In this document: one piece after another, positions 13,916 to 27,578 of the stretch | Numbering within the stretch: position 1 is the first letter of the stretch | How the letters are laid out: each line of letters opens with the position of its first letter | The notes under the pieces: model-generated | Told to the model about the DNA's origin: nothing | The model's input: the letters and a program-made list of their open reading frames with translations, nothing else | Database searches by the model: none | Translations under genes and position numbers: made by a program | NCBI RefSeq assembly: GCF_001194135.2 | Contig: NC_068990.1 | Location: 36,373,234-36,437,233 of the forward strand | Source: Octopus bimaculoides | Lineage: Eukaryota | Length of the DNA stretch: 64,000 nucleotides | Direction of reading: 5' to 3'

Positions 13916-13937
13916 CTCAAAATTCTTGGCCTTGTTC
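13916..13937 (-). CDS. Candidate 22-nt microexon (NKAKNFE)
   Basis: ttattttctaattcag|GAACAAGGCCAAGAATTTTGAG|gtgagt. Confidence 0.35.
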
Positions 13938-14959
13938 CTGAATTAGAAAATAATGTTATCATTATTATTTCCTTAATATTCCTAGTTACAGAAATGCACC
14001 AATATTTTCTTTTCATCATCAAAAAACAATCCAGTTTCTCATAAAAAAAAAATATATAAATATAATGAAGGTTAACAATGGCTGAGTAAGAATACCTGAA
14101 CAATATTTACAGAAGCCAGTATTGCTATTTGCTGGAACATGCCTATGTCTAACATTATTGATGATCTGTCAAGTCTTTACAGAAATATTTGTGTACCACC
14201 AAACACAACTGTTATGCTGAACACATTCCTCAACAGTCATAATATTTTTCATTCAGTAACTAACTTTGTATAATTCCTAAGTTTTTAACCTAAATTCTGC
14301 TCTACTTTACAGTCAATTAGTATTGCTATATCAAATATTAATATCCTATTGGCGTTTTTGCAATAGAAATTAATGTCAGCTGTAGAGTCACCTTTTTCTA
14401 TGCTTAGCGCCTGGACTATGTTCACACTCTTGGTTTTCTAAGAGAGAAGTGGTTGGGTGGAGTTCATATGCGTGTCAGGGACATTTTTTCCTATGTATTT
14501 GAAATGGTGTAGCTTGACATGGGTTGAATAGCTTGTTACATTATTGTGTCTCCAAATATATTTTTCAGAGCTAGTGTAGACTCGATGTAGTATATTTTTT
14601 CAGAAAATACAAGAGGCAATGTTATTTGCCATTTATATTGTAGAAATTCAAAATATATTTCTTAATACATCTAGTAGTGATAGCTTCACCTCCATGATGA
14701 AAATTGTGGCTTTTACCCTTTTAATCATTACATATTGTTTAATCCAGTTCAATGCTACTGAGCCACATAGACACTTCCCCATTCACTCATTACATCAGAT
14801 ATTCTTGCTGTAATTGTCTGTTGTTAGTGTTTTGTAGTTTTTCTTGTTATAATTGTTGTTGTTATTATCATTCTAGTTGTTACCTTGGTTGTTTTAATTA
14901 TTACTATTGTTGCTGCTGGTATTAATTTGTTGCCCTGTTCCATTTTTTTTTTAAATCTG

Positions 14960-16590
14960 GAGAAAATGAATTCTTCAGGATGTCATTCATATTCCTATTA
15001 AACCTTTGTAAGTTAGTCTCTGCAGTAAAGATATGGGCAGAGAGTAAATTCCAGAGGTATGATCTTCTGGGAAGAAAATTAAGGGCTGAGTATAGTGATT
15101 AATGTTGGGTCTTGGATACTAAATACAACAAGAGTGATGAGAGGAGGAGAAGCATAAGGGTTGGGAATACTTGATGGAAGGTGGAATGAGTCCATTAAGT
15201 GCCAAAGAACAGAGACCATTATAGTAGCAGGAGAAATGGGAGAGAGAAGACACAGTGCACCTGCAGGCCATGAGCTGGAATGTGTCTGTGAGTGGCTTTA
15301 TCAGTCGAGAGGTCCTTTACTGGACATAGTTTCAGATGTCTGTGTGTAGAACAGCAATACTGTTCCAGATGTTAGATTAAAACAATATTGTGGCCCTCAA
15401 TAACTGCAGAATGTTGAGGCATTTTCTGTCCCTGAAGAGAAGAGTCAGTTGTTGAATATGTTCCTAGCTATGTTAAGGATGTACTCAACCAGGAGAAATC
15501 ATTTGTGATACTGAGACTCAACAAATGGAGTGATGTTAAGGGCTTTGGACATTTTCAGCTCATGATCAATTGGTATGTGGTGTGATGACGCTTTCAAGCT
15601 AAAAGTAGCATTTTTGTTTCCTTGCAATTGAAAGAGACAAGAATGGCATATCCCAATCAGAGAATTCTTTACAGGTCTCTTTTCATGTTGTCAGTGTGTA
15701 GGTTTAACATGAGGTGTCTAGGTTGCATATGGATGAATGTATGGGATGAATAAAGAGTAATATCAGTGGCTTAAGAGTGGAATTGTTGGAACTGGTGGCA
15801 AGGAAGTCATTGATGTATAGAAGAAAAGAAGTAGAGGATGAGATTAAAGCCTATGGCATTTTGAATGTGACAGAATGAGAGACAAAACATGTGGTCTGCA
15901 TGCACAGTTGTGAAATATGATACGTAGCTACTGATCCAAGAGATAAGAGATGGGTAGAGGCTATATATGGGCAGATTGCTTACCAGACAGTAAAAAGCTT
16001 TGTTGATGTTGTAGTTCATGACATTACTATTGTTAAATTTCTCCAAGGCAAGTATCCATTGTGGTAATAGAAGAGGATAGGTCACTAGTGGATCTGGTTT
16101 ATGGAAAACATTCTGGTGGTTCTTAAGCTGGAAAAAAAAATCTATGGTGTTAGAGGGCATCATTGTTAATGGCTGTTTCCATTATGTTGCAGTAAAGCAG
16201 AGCAATATTTGGCAGAGAGAGAGAGAGAGGTGGGGGGGGGGGTTCACCTACTTGAAAATGAGACTTACAGTAGTGTGTTTCCAAAGACCAGGACTCATGT
16301 CTGTTGAGAGGGAGAGTGTGATGAGATTGGTGAGTAAAGGTGATAGCTTTGGAACCAAAGTTTGAAAGTAATGGAAGGAACATGGTCAGGACTTACAGAC
16401 TTATTAGTTTTAAGCAACTGAAGGTGCTTTCATACTTGGCACATGTATATACAGACGGACGTGGACCTGAAAAGGTGAAAGGAAATAAACTGAGTGGATT
16501 TATTAAGGGTGTGCAGCGTAGGAATGGCTACAAAATGGGCAGGAATGGTGCAAGAATTCCCAGTGGGGGTACTTCGTAAAGAACCATTTT
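14960..16590 (-). mobile_element. CR1/jockey-group LINE reverse-transcriptase remnant
   Basis: Minus strand: PGLWKHTTVSLIFK, NINKAFYC...LYPSLISWISSY (ALDISKAFD..WISSFL-like), HADH in place of YADD, and C-terminal NFLPRRSYLWNLLSAHIFTAETNLQRF (SFFPRT..LWN.LP-like). Confidence 0.75.
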
Positions 16591-16711
16591 CATTGCTGTA
16601 GTTGTTGTAATCATTGTTGTAATTATGGTTGTTGTTGTTGTTGTTGCTGCTGCTGCTATCATTATTGAAACTGTCATTCAGATTGTTTTTGTTATTGTAT
16701 GGACCTTGTAA

Positions 16712-17365
16712 AGGTGATGAGCTGGCAGAAACGTTAGCATGCTGGGCAAAATGCTTAGCAGTATTTCGTCTGCCATTATGTTCTGAGTTCAAATTCCGCT
16801 GAGGTCGACTTTGCCTTTCATCCTTTCGGGGTCGATAAATTAAGTACCAGTTACGCACTGGGGTCGATGTAATCGACTTAATCCCTTTGTCTGTCCTTGT
16901 TTGTCCCCTCTATGTTTAGCCCCTTGTGGGCAATAAAGAAATCAGAAATATTAGCATGCCGAGGGCGAAATGCTTAGAGGCATTTTGTCTGTCTTTACGT
17001 TCCGAGTTCAAATTTCACCGAGGTCGACTTTGCCGTTCATCCTTTCATGGTCGATAAATTAAGTACCAGTTACGCACTGAGGTCAATGTAATCAACTTAA
17101 TCCCTTTGTCTGTCTTTGTTTGTCCCCTCTATGTTTAGCCCCTTGTGGGCAATAAAGAAATCAGAAATATTAGCATGCCGAGGGCGAAATGCTTAACGGT
17201 ATTTCATCTGACTTTACGTTCTGAGTTCAAATTTCACAGGGGTCGACTTTGCTTTTCATCCTTTCGGGGTCGATAAATTAAGTACTACTTGCATACTGGG
17301 GTCAATCTAATCGACTGGCCCCCTTCCCCCAAAACTTTCGGGCCTTGTGCCTAGAATAGAAAAGA
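16712..17365 (+). mobile_element. tRNA-derived SINE family A, head-to-tail trimer
   Basis: A-box GAGCTGGCAGAA and B-box GAGTTCAAATTCC. The junction AAAGAAATCAGAAATATTAGCATGCCGAGGGCG recurs with a period of about 219 bp. Confidence 0.85.
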
Positions 17366-18146
17366 TTATATGGACGTTGCAGTTGAGTGAGATAAATGTG
17401 CAGAATCTGGGGTGATTTGGTTGCGGGAGTTTTTGCTTTTTTTTTTGCGTGCATATGTGAATGAATCTGCGTATGCATGTGCTTGTCTATGCATATATTC
17501 ATATATGCTTGTATGAGGTGCTTAGGTGTGTATGCAAGCACATATGTATACAAATGCATATAAGTGAGCCTGTATGTGTGTGCATGTGCATAAGTTTGCA
17601 TCTGCGAAAGTGAAATTGTGTTACAATTATCTTTATTTATTGTAGCTTTTTCTATTGTTGTTATTGTTGTCACTGTTATCGTTGTTGTTATTGTTCACAT
17701 TGTTGTTAGTATTGTTACTGTTGATATTGTTGTTGTTGTTATGATTGTTGTAATTGTTATTGCGTTATTTTATATTTTTTATTATTGTTATGGCTGTCTT
17801 TGTTCAGTAGAGATGTTTCATCATTTATCTCTTTATCTTACAACACTATCAGTCGACCTCTTTCTCTACATTTCTCTCTCTCTCTTTCCATCCCACACTC
17901 TCTCCCTCTATATCTCAATCTCTGTGTTTCTCTTTATATCCCTTTCTACCTCTAGCATACTTTCTGTCTTTCTATGCCTATCTTTCTCTTCACACATATG
18001 CATTGACAGAATCACATGCACACATACACACACATTGACAGGATCACACATACACATTGACAGAATTATACACATGCACACACGCAGATAAACTTGCAAA
18101 CTTAAGTGTTCATACTCTGATACTCACATACACTTACTTTGCACTG

Positions 18147-18204
<58 letters not shown>

Positions 18205-18569
18205 TCTCCCTCTGTTTCTTATCAGTCTATGATATCTCTCTTTCATCAATTATTTGTCTATTTCTCTCTCATACACATTTTCTCATTAGTCTGTAATGTC
18301 TGTCTCAGTTTGTTTGTCTGTCTATCCATCCATCCCTCCATCCATTCCTCTGTCCGTCCATCCATCCAGCTATGTATGCATGCATATATGTATGTATGTA
18401 TGCATGTATGCATATATGTATGTATGTATGTATGTATGTACGCATATGTCTGTCTGCCTGCCTGTGCTTGTTTGTCTGTCTGTTTGTCTATCTATCTGTC
18501 TGTCTGTCTGTCTACCTATCTATCTGTCTAATTATCTATCTATCTATCTATCTATCTAACATCTTTTTA

Positions 18570-18630
<61 letters not shown>

Positions 18631-19267
18631 NNNNNNNNNNNNNNNNNNNNNNNNNNNNNNNNNNNNNNNNNNNNNNNNNNNNNNNNNNNNNNNNNNNNNN
18701 NNNNNNNNNNNNNNNNNNNNNNNNNNNNNNNNNNNNNNNNNNNNNNNNNNNNNNNNNNNNNNNNNNNNNNNNNNNNNNNNNNNNNNNNNNNNNNNNNNNN
18801 NNNNNNNNNNNNNNNNNNNNNNNNNNNNNNNNNNNNNNNNNNNNNNNNNNNNNNNNNNNNNNNNNNNNNNNNNNNNNNNNNNNNNNNNNNNNNNNNNNNN
18901 NNNNNNNNNNNNNNNNNNNNNNNNNNNNNNNNNNNNNNNNNNNNNNNNNNNNNNNNNNNNNNNNNNNNNNNNNNNNNNNNNNNNNNNNNNNNNNNNNNNN
19001 NNNNNNNNNNNNNNNNNNNNNNNNNNNNNNNNNNNNNNNNNNNNNNNNNNNNNNNNNNNNNNNNNNNNNNNNNNNNNNNNNNNNNNNNNNNNNNNNNNNN
19101 NNNNNNNNNNNNNNNNNNNNNNNNNNNNNNNNNNNNNNNNNNNNNNNNNNNNNNNNNNNNNNNNNNNNNNNNNNNNNNNNNNNNNNNNNNNNNNNNNNNN
19201 NNNNNNNNNNNNNNNNNNNNNNNNNNNNNNNNNNNNNNNNNNNNNNNNNNNNNNNNNNNNNNNNNNN

Positions 19268-19309
<42 letters not shown>

Positions 19310-19597
19310 TGTGCGTATGTATGTCCTTGTTTGTAAGCATGTGCTTCTCTCTCATTCACTTTCTCTCTCTATATATATATATATGTATGCTTGTATACAG
19401 ACACATGTGTATATACATTGCGTAACATATAACAGAAATTTTATATTTATATTTGTGTGAGTATGCATATGCATGTATTGTTATTATCATTATACATTCA
19501 TTTTACCTTGCTTGTACATTCGAATTGCATGTATATGTATATATAAATATATATATATACATATATCTATATCTATACACACACACATACACACTCT

Positions 19598-19683
<86 letters not shown>

Positions 19684-21073
19684 AAACATATAATATTTAT
19701 ATATGTATGTATGTATGTATGTATATATGTATATATATATATGTACATATAAACATTTGGTATATGCTTTGTCATAATAATATTTCTTCTTTTGATTGTA
19801 TATTTTTAAAGGTCCACATTTTTAGAAGTATACAAAACAGAGACAGCTTCCATAGAAATAATTAGCTATATTGTCTTTGTATCTATGTATGTGTGTATGC
19901 CTCCATCTATCTACTTATATCTATATCAACACACACACACACACACATATGTCACAATAGGAGGTGAGAAACGTTGAGACCTGACCACTCCATACAACCA
20001 TGGAAAGAGAATGGCAAATAAATTCTGAGAGGAATGATGTTACTGATGATGATGATGAAAATTATATACATATATTATATGTATGTGTATTGAAATGTAT
20101 ACATATGTATATATGCATATTTATGACATGGCCATAAGTAATAGGTATGCAAAGAAATGATATAAAACTATTAAGTTAAATATGAATATATACATTTACA
20201 CACACACACACGTACACACACACACACACACACATACACATGTGGGCACACAAACACACCTACTGAGGCATACACATACATATATGCAAGCATCAACACA
20301 AGTTCATATGGAATTATCTTTTACATATATATGCATACCTAGAAATATATAACATATATATTGTCTGAAGGATATAGATCAATAAAAATTATGATACTGT
20401 GAGATATAGACTCATACATACACACACATATACATGCACAAACATATTGACACACAGACTCACATATATGTGTATAAATGTGTAAGCATGTCTATGAGCG
20501 TGGGTGTATATATATATATATATANNNNNNNNNNNNNNNNNNNNNNNNNNNNNNNNNNNNNNNNNNNNNNNNNNNNNNNNNNNNNNNNNNNNNNNNNNNN
20601 NNNNNNNNNNNNNNNNNNNNNNNNTATATATATATGTCTATATATATGTTTGTGTGTATGAGAGAAAGAGAGAGAATGAGACATACAGACACACACACAA
20701 AGAAGCAGAACAAGGGAGAGAAGAGTGTATGTGTATTTGTCTCCATGGAAGTTTGGGGAAGTGTGACAGAATATTAGTCAAATATAAAAAAAGTATAAAA
20801 GTGTGCTGATTTAAATAAGTGTCTGCATTCATATGTGCATGTGCATGCATGAGTGTGTTTAATGTGTGTGTCTTTGTGTTCAGGAAGCCAGTATGTAAAA
20901 TGTCAGCTAGAGGACTCCTTAACTCTAGTGACTGTAATAAGGAGCTGGGGGACTGTGTAGAAGGAAATTTGTCACCATACTTTGTCAAAGGCATAATCCA
21001 GCACACACAGATAGACATACTTACCTTCATCCTTACATAGACACACACATACATCCATACATATAAGTATAGG

Positions 21074-21118
<45 letters not shown>

Positions 21119-21292
21119 NNNNNNNNNNNNNGCTGGTGGAACGTAAAGAGCACCCACTACACTTTCAGAGTGGTCGGTGTTAGGAAGGGCATTCAGCTGT
21201 AGAAACATTGCCTGGTTCAGCTGCTGGCTTTCCAGACCTCATTTAAACCGTCTAACCCATGCCAGCAAGGAAAAAGGACATTAAATAATGAT

Positions 21293-21339
<47 letters not shown>

Positions 21340-21837
21340 GTAGATACATGTATAGATGTACATATACATACGCACACATGCACACACACACACTTACACA
21401 CATATATTATTTAATGTTTGTTTCCCATGCTGACATGTTTTGGATGATTTGACAGGAGCTGGTGAGGACTAATGTATATATTTTATATTCAAATAACAGT
21501 TATATGGACTTGGATGTAAAGAAGCAAAACAGAAGCATATTGAATATCAAAAGCAAAATGATATCGCATTAAAAGCTTAATATTTACAAATCATTTTTCT
21601 TAAATTCTTGTTCATCTTTCAATATAATTATAAAACGTAAAATTTGGTGTATAATGGATATAAAGTAAAATTTATTGACTGTCATAGTACATGCTGGTAG
21701 GATGACATGGAACATCAGCATCTTACCAGTTTCTAATGTAACCATATTTAGAAAATAGAGTGGTTTGTTACCACATAGAGTGATAGAGATCAGAATAAAG
21801 TTTATAAAACAATACAATATATATTGTAGGAATAAGA

Positions 21838-21907
<70 letters not shown>

Positions 21908-21984
21908 CTTTAGGGAAAAGAACCAAGTAATTTTGGATTTTGTCCCTAATATTATTATATATATATATATATATTCTTTTTTAC

Positions 21985-22205
21985 CTCTTGTTTGTTTTGG
22001 TCATTTTTACTGTAGCCATGCTGGAGCACCACCTATAGTCAAGCATATCGACCTCAGGACTTATTATTTGTAAGTCTAGTGCTTGCTTATTCTATCGGAC
22101 CCTTTTGCTGAACTGCTAAGTTACAGGGATGCAAACGCACCAGCATCGGTTGTCAAGCGATGTTGGTAGGGACAAACACAGACACACACAAACATATACA
22201 CACAT
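21985..22205 (-). mobile_element. SINE family C 3' half
   Basis: gccatgctggagcacc...tcgacctcaggactta...gtcaagcgatgttgg, matching 55465-55680. Confidence 0.75.
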
Positions 22206-24232
22206 ATCAAGAAGACTCTGCCTGTCACTGATTTTATTTGTTTTTTTGGGGTCAGTCTTAATTTATAAACTAGTTTATCAAATCCTTGTATATCTAAGGC
22301 TCAGAGAATAAAAGGCAGTATCTGTTAGGGATAGGGCTGAGAGAGCAGACAGAAATCATAGTTGGTATAGTCATAAAAATCAAGATTTATTAGAAGCAAT
22401 ATCATGAGGTTTGGTAAAGGAAAACTTAAAACAAGATGTTAGCTGACAACTAAGGGGGTTGTCCACATGTATATAATGTGGCTTTGTAAATGCCAGTGTG
22501 TAAGTAAGTGCATATGTGTATATATTTTTATATGTATGTATACAGAAAAACTTTATATGTAGCAGAAGTATTGAAGTTAGCTACTTGGAAGGTCCTTTAT
22601 AATTTAGCTGATAGTTTCTCTTATGTAACCTTAGGAACATTGAAGAAACATGTTCTATAAACATAGTGGCTAGAATAGAAAAATACACCATTGCAGAGTT
22701 CAGGTAACCATTATGTCTGTTGTAAACAAGGGGTTTTTCAATTTAGTCACAGACCAGATTGTACGATATTTGTGTATGGAATGTGATAATGCATGGTAGC
22801 AAAGATGGACATTGGATGCTGAAGATGTGTGAAGGCTGAGATGAACTATGTATAAAACAGAGAAGAATGTGCAAATATAGACATTTAAATAGCATGGCAG
22901 ATTTTTTTTAAAATGTTAAGTAAATCATGTCGTTTCTGGATCATCTTTGATCATAGTTCTGCTTCATCAGAACGAAGTTAGATCTAGTAAAATGGGGCAA
23001 CAGCAATAGCAACAACAACTACAATTATAAACATCAATACAGTTGCTTGTTATGAGAGTTTGTTGCTCTTCTTTAACCACAGGTCAGTCTCGACCATTAT
23101 CTTGAGTATCTCAGACTGAAATGTCTGTTGTGTCTATCCTATTTGAAGATAGTGCAATATGAATTAAGGAAATTTGGTTGCTATTTTTCCATGCTGAATG
23201 ATTATGTATAGGCTCTTCAGTACCTGTGATGGTGATTGCTAATAGCAGGGATATTGTTATTGTTGCTATTTAGTGGAGCGTCAGGCCTGATCAAGCTGAC
23301 TCATTTTCAAAGACACTCCACCCATGACCATCCTAAATGTTTATTCAGATATTAGCAAGTGTGTCCTTATTTGATTTGAAACAGTTATTTCCTACCATGG
23401 TCATCGTGTCTTATATACAAACATGATATGTATATGACTACAATATGTTTTATAAACTTCCCTTTTTATGATGGCTGGGTGTAGTTTGAGAGAAATTTGA
23501 CTGTTATCTTTAAGTAGATAAAGCAACCAGTTAGAGGCCTAAAGCAACTGCAGCAGCAGCAGCAGCGGCGACAGTGGCAGTGGTGGTAGTGCTTGTGCTG
23601 GTGACAGCAGCATCAGCATCAGCAGTGACAACAGCAGCTCCACCACTAATGCTGCCACCACCAGCAACTTTAGCACCAGCACCAATATCAGCAGTAGTTG
23701 TAGTGGTGCCATCAATGTTTTATGATGCCTTAACATGTCCATTCCACAATGTAATGTGTGTCTAAGTGACACTTCTCTACAGCCCTGCCCTGCCCTGCAC
23801 CACGTCTATGTTACTGAGAAGCAAACATGGTGATGGGATGATGTATCTAATCTGGTACTAACCAAGAGAGAGACAGTGACAGTGGTGGCCATGGTGGTGG
23901 GTCAGTAGTGGTGTTGCTGCTGACGGAGGTGGTGGCCAAACATGTCATCATAATAACGTTATCGTTGCTGTGACATGTTCACTTCTTTATGCATATATGG
24001 CCAGCTGGAATGACCTCATTATTCCTCTACTCCGATTCACAGATTGTTATGACCACATAATTGCAATCACATGTTATCTTGCATCTTATTTTACATTTAT
24101 TTCTGTCTTTCAAGTTCTGGCCTGACTATAACTGCGAGAACTGACCGCAACTGTATGTCACACACAACTCTATGATCTAATAAAGCAACCACAAGACCAA
24201 TGTAGCTAACCACATTAAACATCGGTTATTTA

Positions 24233-24520
24233 ATGGACATACATTATCAGTATGGAGTGTCACACAACATGATGGACATACAGCATTACTATTGACAGTG
24301 TCACTCTATATAGTGGACATACAGCTTTATTATGGACAGTGTCAAACACAAACAACACTACAATGAACAGCATCAGACACTTTAACCAGACATACAGATT
24401 TACTATGGACTGTATCATGCAAAACAGTGGACATACAGTATTACTATAAACAGTGACACTGTGTCACACAATATAGGGGCATACAACAATACTATAGACA
24501 GTGTCATACAAAATGACAAA
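24233..24520. repeat. Degenerate minisatellite, about 40-bp unit
   Basis: About six tggacatacagc.ttactat.gacagtgtca-like units. Confidence 0.75.
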
Positions 24521-24974
24521 GTCCATAAGGCTTCAAAAAGAATATATTGTGTTATTTGTTTTGACTCTCTGTACATTAAGTTCAAATTTCACTCAGATCA
24601 GATTTGCCTTTCATTCCTTTAGGGTCAATAAAATGATACCAGTACAAGGGAATGGATTAGCAGAACTGTAAGGATATCAGACCAAATGCCTTGAAGTACT
24701 TTTCTAGTACTTTGTAGTTTAAGCTAAAGTCCTACTTGAGTGGACGACATAATCTATCACTCTGTTTAACATCACAACTGCCCCCTCTCAACACCAATAC
24801 TGCCCCCCACCTCCAGCATATACACCAGCTGATGTCTTTTGTGGATTCCTCTTTCGAGCTAGGTTTCCAGTTTGAGGAGACCTCCTTACTTGCTACCAGT
24901 CTCAGAAGCAATGCATGGTATTATGGGCACTGCCTACCCTTCTGATTAAAAGATAAAAAAAAAAGTATCATTAT

Positions 24975-25145
24975 GGTACAGGCACAGATGTGTGCTTAAG
25001 AAGTTTGCTTCCCAACCATGCAGCCATGGATTCATTCTCATTGCACTGCTCTTTGGGTAAATGTCTTCAGCTATAACCCCAAGCCAACCAAAGCCTTATA
25101 TGTAAGTGGATTTGGTAAGCAGAAACAGAAAGAAGCCAGTAGGGT
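24975..25145 (+). mobile_element. SINE family C 5' half
   Basis: gcttcccaaccatg...ttgggtaaatgtcttc...gaaagaagcc. Confidence 0.7.
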
Positions 25146-25152
25146 GTGTGTA

Positions 25153-25339
25153 CAGGGTGTCCACAAAGTCTGGAGTAAATAAACAAATATAAAAAATAAT
25201 AATTTCTTAAAGTATGTGCTAATCCCCATGTGGGTACATGGAGTAAATAAAATCCTAACATAACCAATTAAATATAAGAAATAATAATTTCTTAAAGTAT
25301 GTGTTAATCCCCATGTACCTAAACTTTGTGGACACCCTG
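25153..25339. mobile_element. Tc1/mariner-type MITE
   Basis: Exact TIRs CAGGGTGTCCACAAAGT (from 25153) and ACTTTGTGGACACCCTG (to 25339), flanked by TA on both sides. No coding capacity. Confidence 0.85.
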
Positions 25340-26116
25340 TATCAACACATCATATAGAAGAATGGGGAATTACACGTCTTCAAAATTTATTTAATAAAGT
25401 AGATGTTAAATGATGAATTAAAGGCATATATATAACTAATTTAGAGACGAACCAGCACTCTACAACTCAGTCAACTCAGAACAAATCCAAATACATGCCG
25501 TGAGGCATATACCATCTTAATATATCTAATATTTTAATCTAAAAATTAAATTATATAACATATTACATAAATAAATCATAGAAATATTAATTTTAAAAAT
25601 TTTAAAGTCAAATTTATAAATTGGACAGTAAAAATTAATACAATATACAGTATGGAAGTATAAATGTAAAAAGTTAGTGCTAGTACATAGACTACGTGCA
25701 TTTCACGGTTGAAATAGGACTATATAAAATCATAAGCAAATTCTATCCGAGTTCAATAGAACGGGGGAAAAGATTTTACTCCCAAATCAGTCACTTTTCA
25801 GGTCAAATCCTTAAGAAAATACCTAAAATCATTCAAGGAATAAACATAAACATGAGAAATAAAAATATATATAAAGAGACAAAATCCGTAAACTAATCCC
25901 TACATTAACGGTATTAATATAATTATTAAGAGTTACAATCTAAAAATATTATAGTAAATAAGGTTAAAACATTATGGAATAAGTAGATAATTGTACAAAG
26001 TTACTAAAAGACGGATGTCAATATTGTTTATAAAAAAAATATAAGAAAACATGACTTATCTGCCGGCTGGTGACAGTAGATTAAAACAAAATAGCTTCGC
26101 TATAGAATTTTTACTA

Positions 26117-26570
26117 AAAGGTCACGTGATAAATAAGGCGTCTATTACCCAGAAGTACATGCGTATTATAATTACTAAAATTTTAACGAAAATATCGGAA
26201 AAGAAAATCTACCTAAAATAAAAAGTTTCTTGAGGATTAGAAATGTTAAAATACTTAAACTTGCAACTTAACGCAGAGTAATAGCTATACACATACGAAA
26301 ATTCTATATTACGTAAATAATGCTATGAAAATTAATACTGAAAAGTCACGTGATAAACACGGCGTCCATTACCAGAGGTAAGTACGTGTTATAATTACTA
26401 AACTAAAATAATAACGAAAATATCGAAAAAGAAAATCTACCTAAAATAAAAAGTTTATTGAATATTAATAATACTAAAATACTCAAAACTCTCAGATTTA
26501 CGCAGAATAATCACTATACCAAATACGAAAATTATATATTACTTAAACAATGTCATGAAACATTGTAAAA
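26117..26570. repeat. Diverged 224-bp tandem duplication
   Basis: GTCACGTGATAAA at 26121 and 26345; gaaaagaaaatctacctaaaataaaaagttt shared by both units. Confidence 0.85.
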
Positions 26571-27327
26571 GACTGCTCATATTATCGTTGAATGCTTAGA
26601 GTAAAGGTAGTTATATGTTCCAATTTAGTATAATATTGTGATGATTAAAGTGTATTCTAAAGCTAATTTGATGTATTTTACGATACTGATCATCACTATA
26701 AGTTGGTACCTAATACTAGGTTTAAATGAATAAACTAGTTATCTAAACTTATTATATAAATAATTTAATTTATGTCTGCATTTAATATTACGTTCATCGT
26801 GGGAGTTAAATCAATTTTTTATTAGCTAATAATTTCTCTTTAAATTCGTTAGTACATAATAAGCAGAACTTATTCCCTATCCTATATGATTTAGCCTTGT
26901 AGAGTGGTGGTTCGTCTCCAAATTAGTTAATTAGTTATATACATATATATTATATATTAGAAAACCCGGTATAATATTTTACCGATTTTTGCCTGTAAGG
27001 TTGGAATAAATTTTTTATTCCCTAATACTATTACTATATATATATATATNNNNNNNNNNCAACAAACATTAAGGTAAGGGAAACATCTTAAGTCAAATAC
27101 AATATTATTATTGGAAATTTTTTTTTCCACTAATAATATTGTATATGACTTGAGATGTTTGCCTTGCCTTAATGTTTGTTGTCCTCTTTAACAATCATAT
27201 ATCCACTGCATCAGAAATCTGCAATGGTTCTTTAATTACCATCTCGGCTATAAACTTAGAGCCCTAGAAATCCTTTACAGCACTTACCTAGCATACCTAA
27301 TATTATATAGATGTGCATGTGTGAGTG

Positions 27328-27359
<32 letters not shown>

Positions 27360-27379
27360 TGTATGTACGGATGGATGGA

Positions 27380-27545
27380 TGTATGCATGGGCTTCTTTCA
27401 ATTTGTTTAAAAAAATGATTCAAAAGGATTTTGTCAGACAGAGACTACAGTAGAAGATATTTGCATAAGGTGCTGCACAGTGGGATTGAAACACAGAGAC
27501 CATGTAGTTGGGAAGGAAGCTACTCTACCATACAAATATGCTTGC
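27380..27545 (-). mobile_element. SINE family C 5' half
   Basis: gggcttctttca...actacagtagaagatatttgc...ctactctaccatac. Confidence 0.65.

Positions 27546-27578
<33 letters not shown>

Noticed and set aside
20880-21030. VLDYAFDKVW resembling the RT motif DF.KAFD.V
   Set aside because: Too short and degenerate to call; other frames are equally open.
16712-26570. Regularly spaced repeats as a CRISPR-like array
   Set aside because: Eukaryotic context; the units are whole tandem copies with no unique spacers.
25380-27050. Possible NUMT
   Set aside because: The segment I translated (25741-25900, invertebrate mitochondrial code) gave no recognisable mitochondrial protein, and I saw no rRNA or tRNA; not formally excluded without BLAST.
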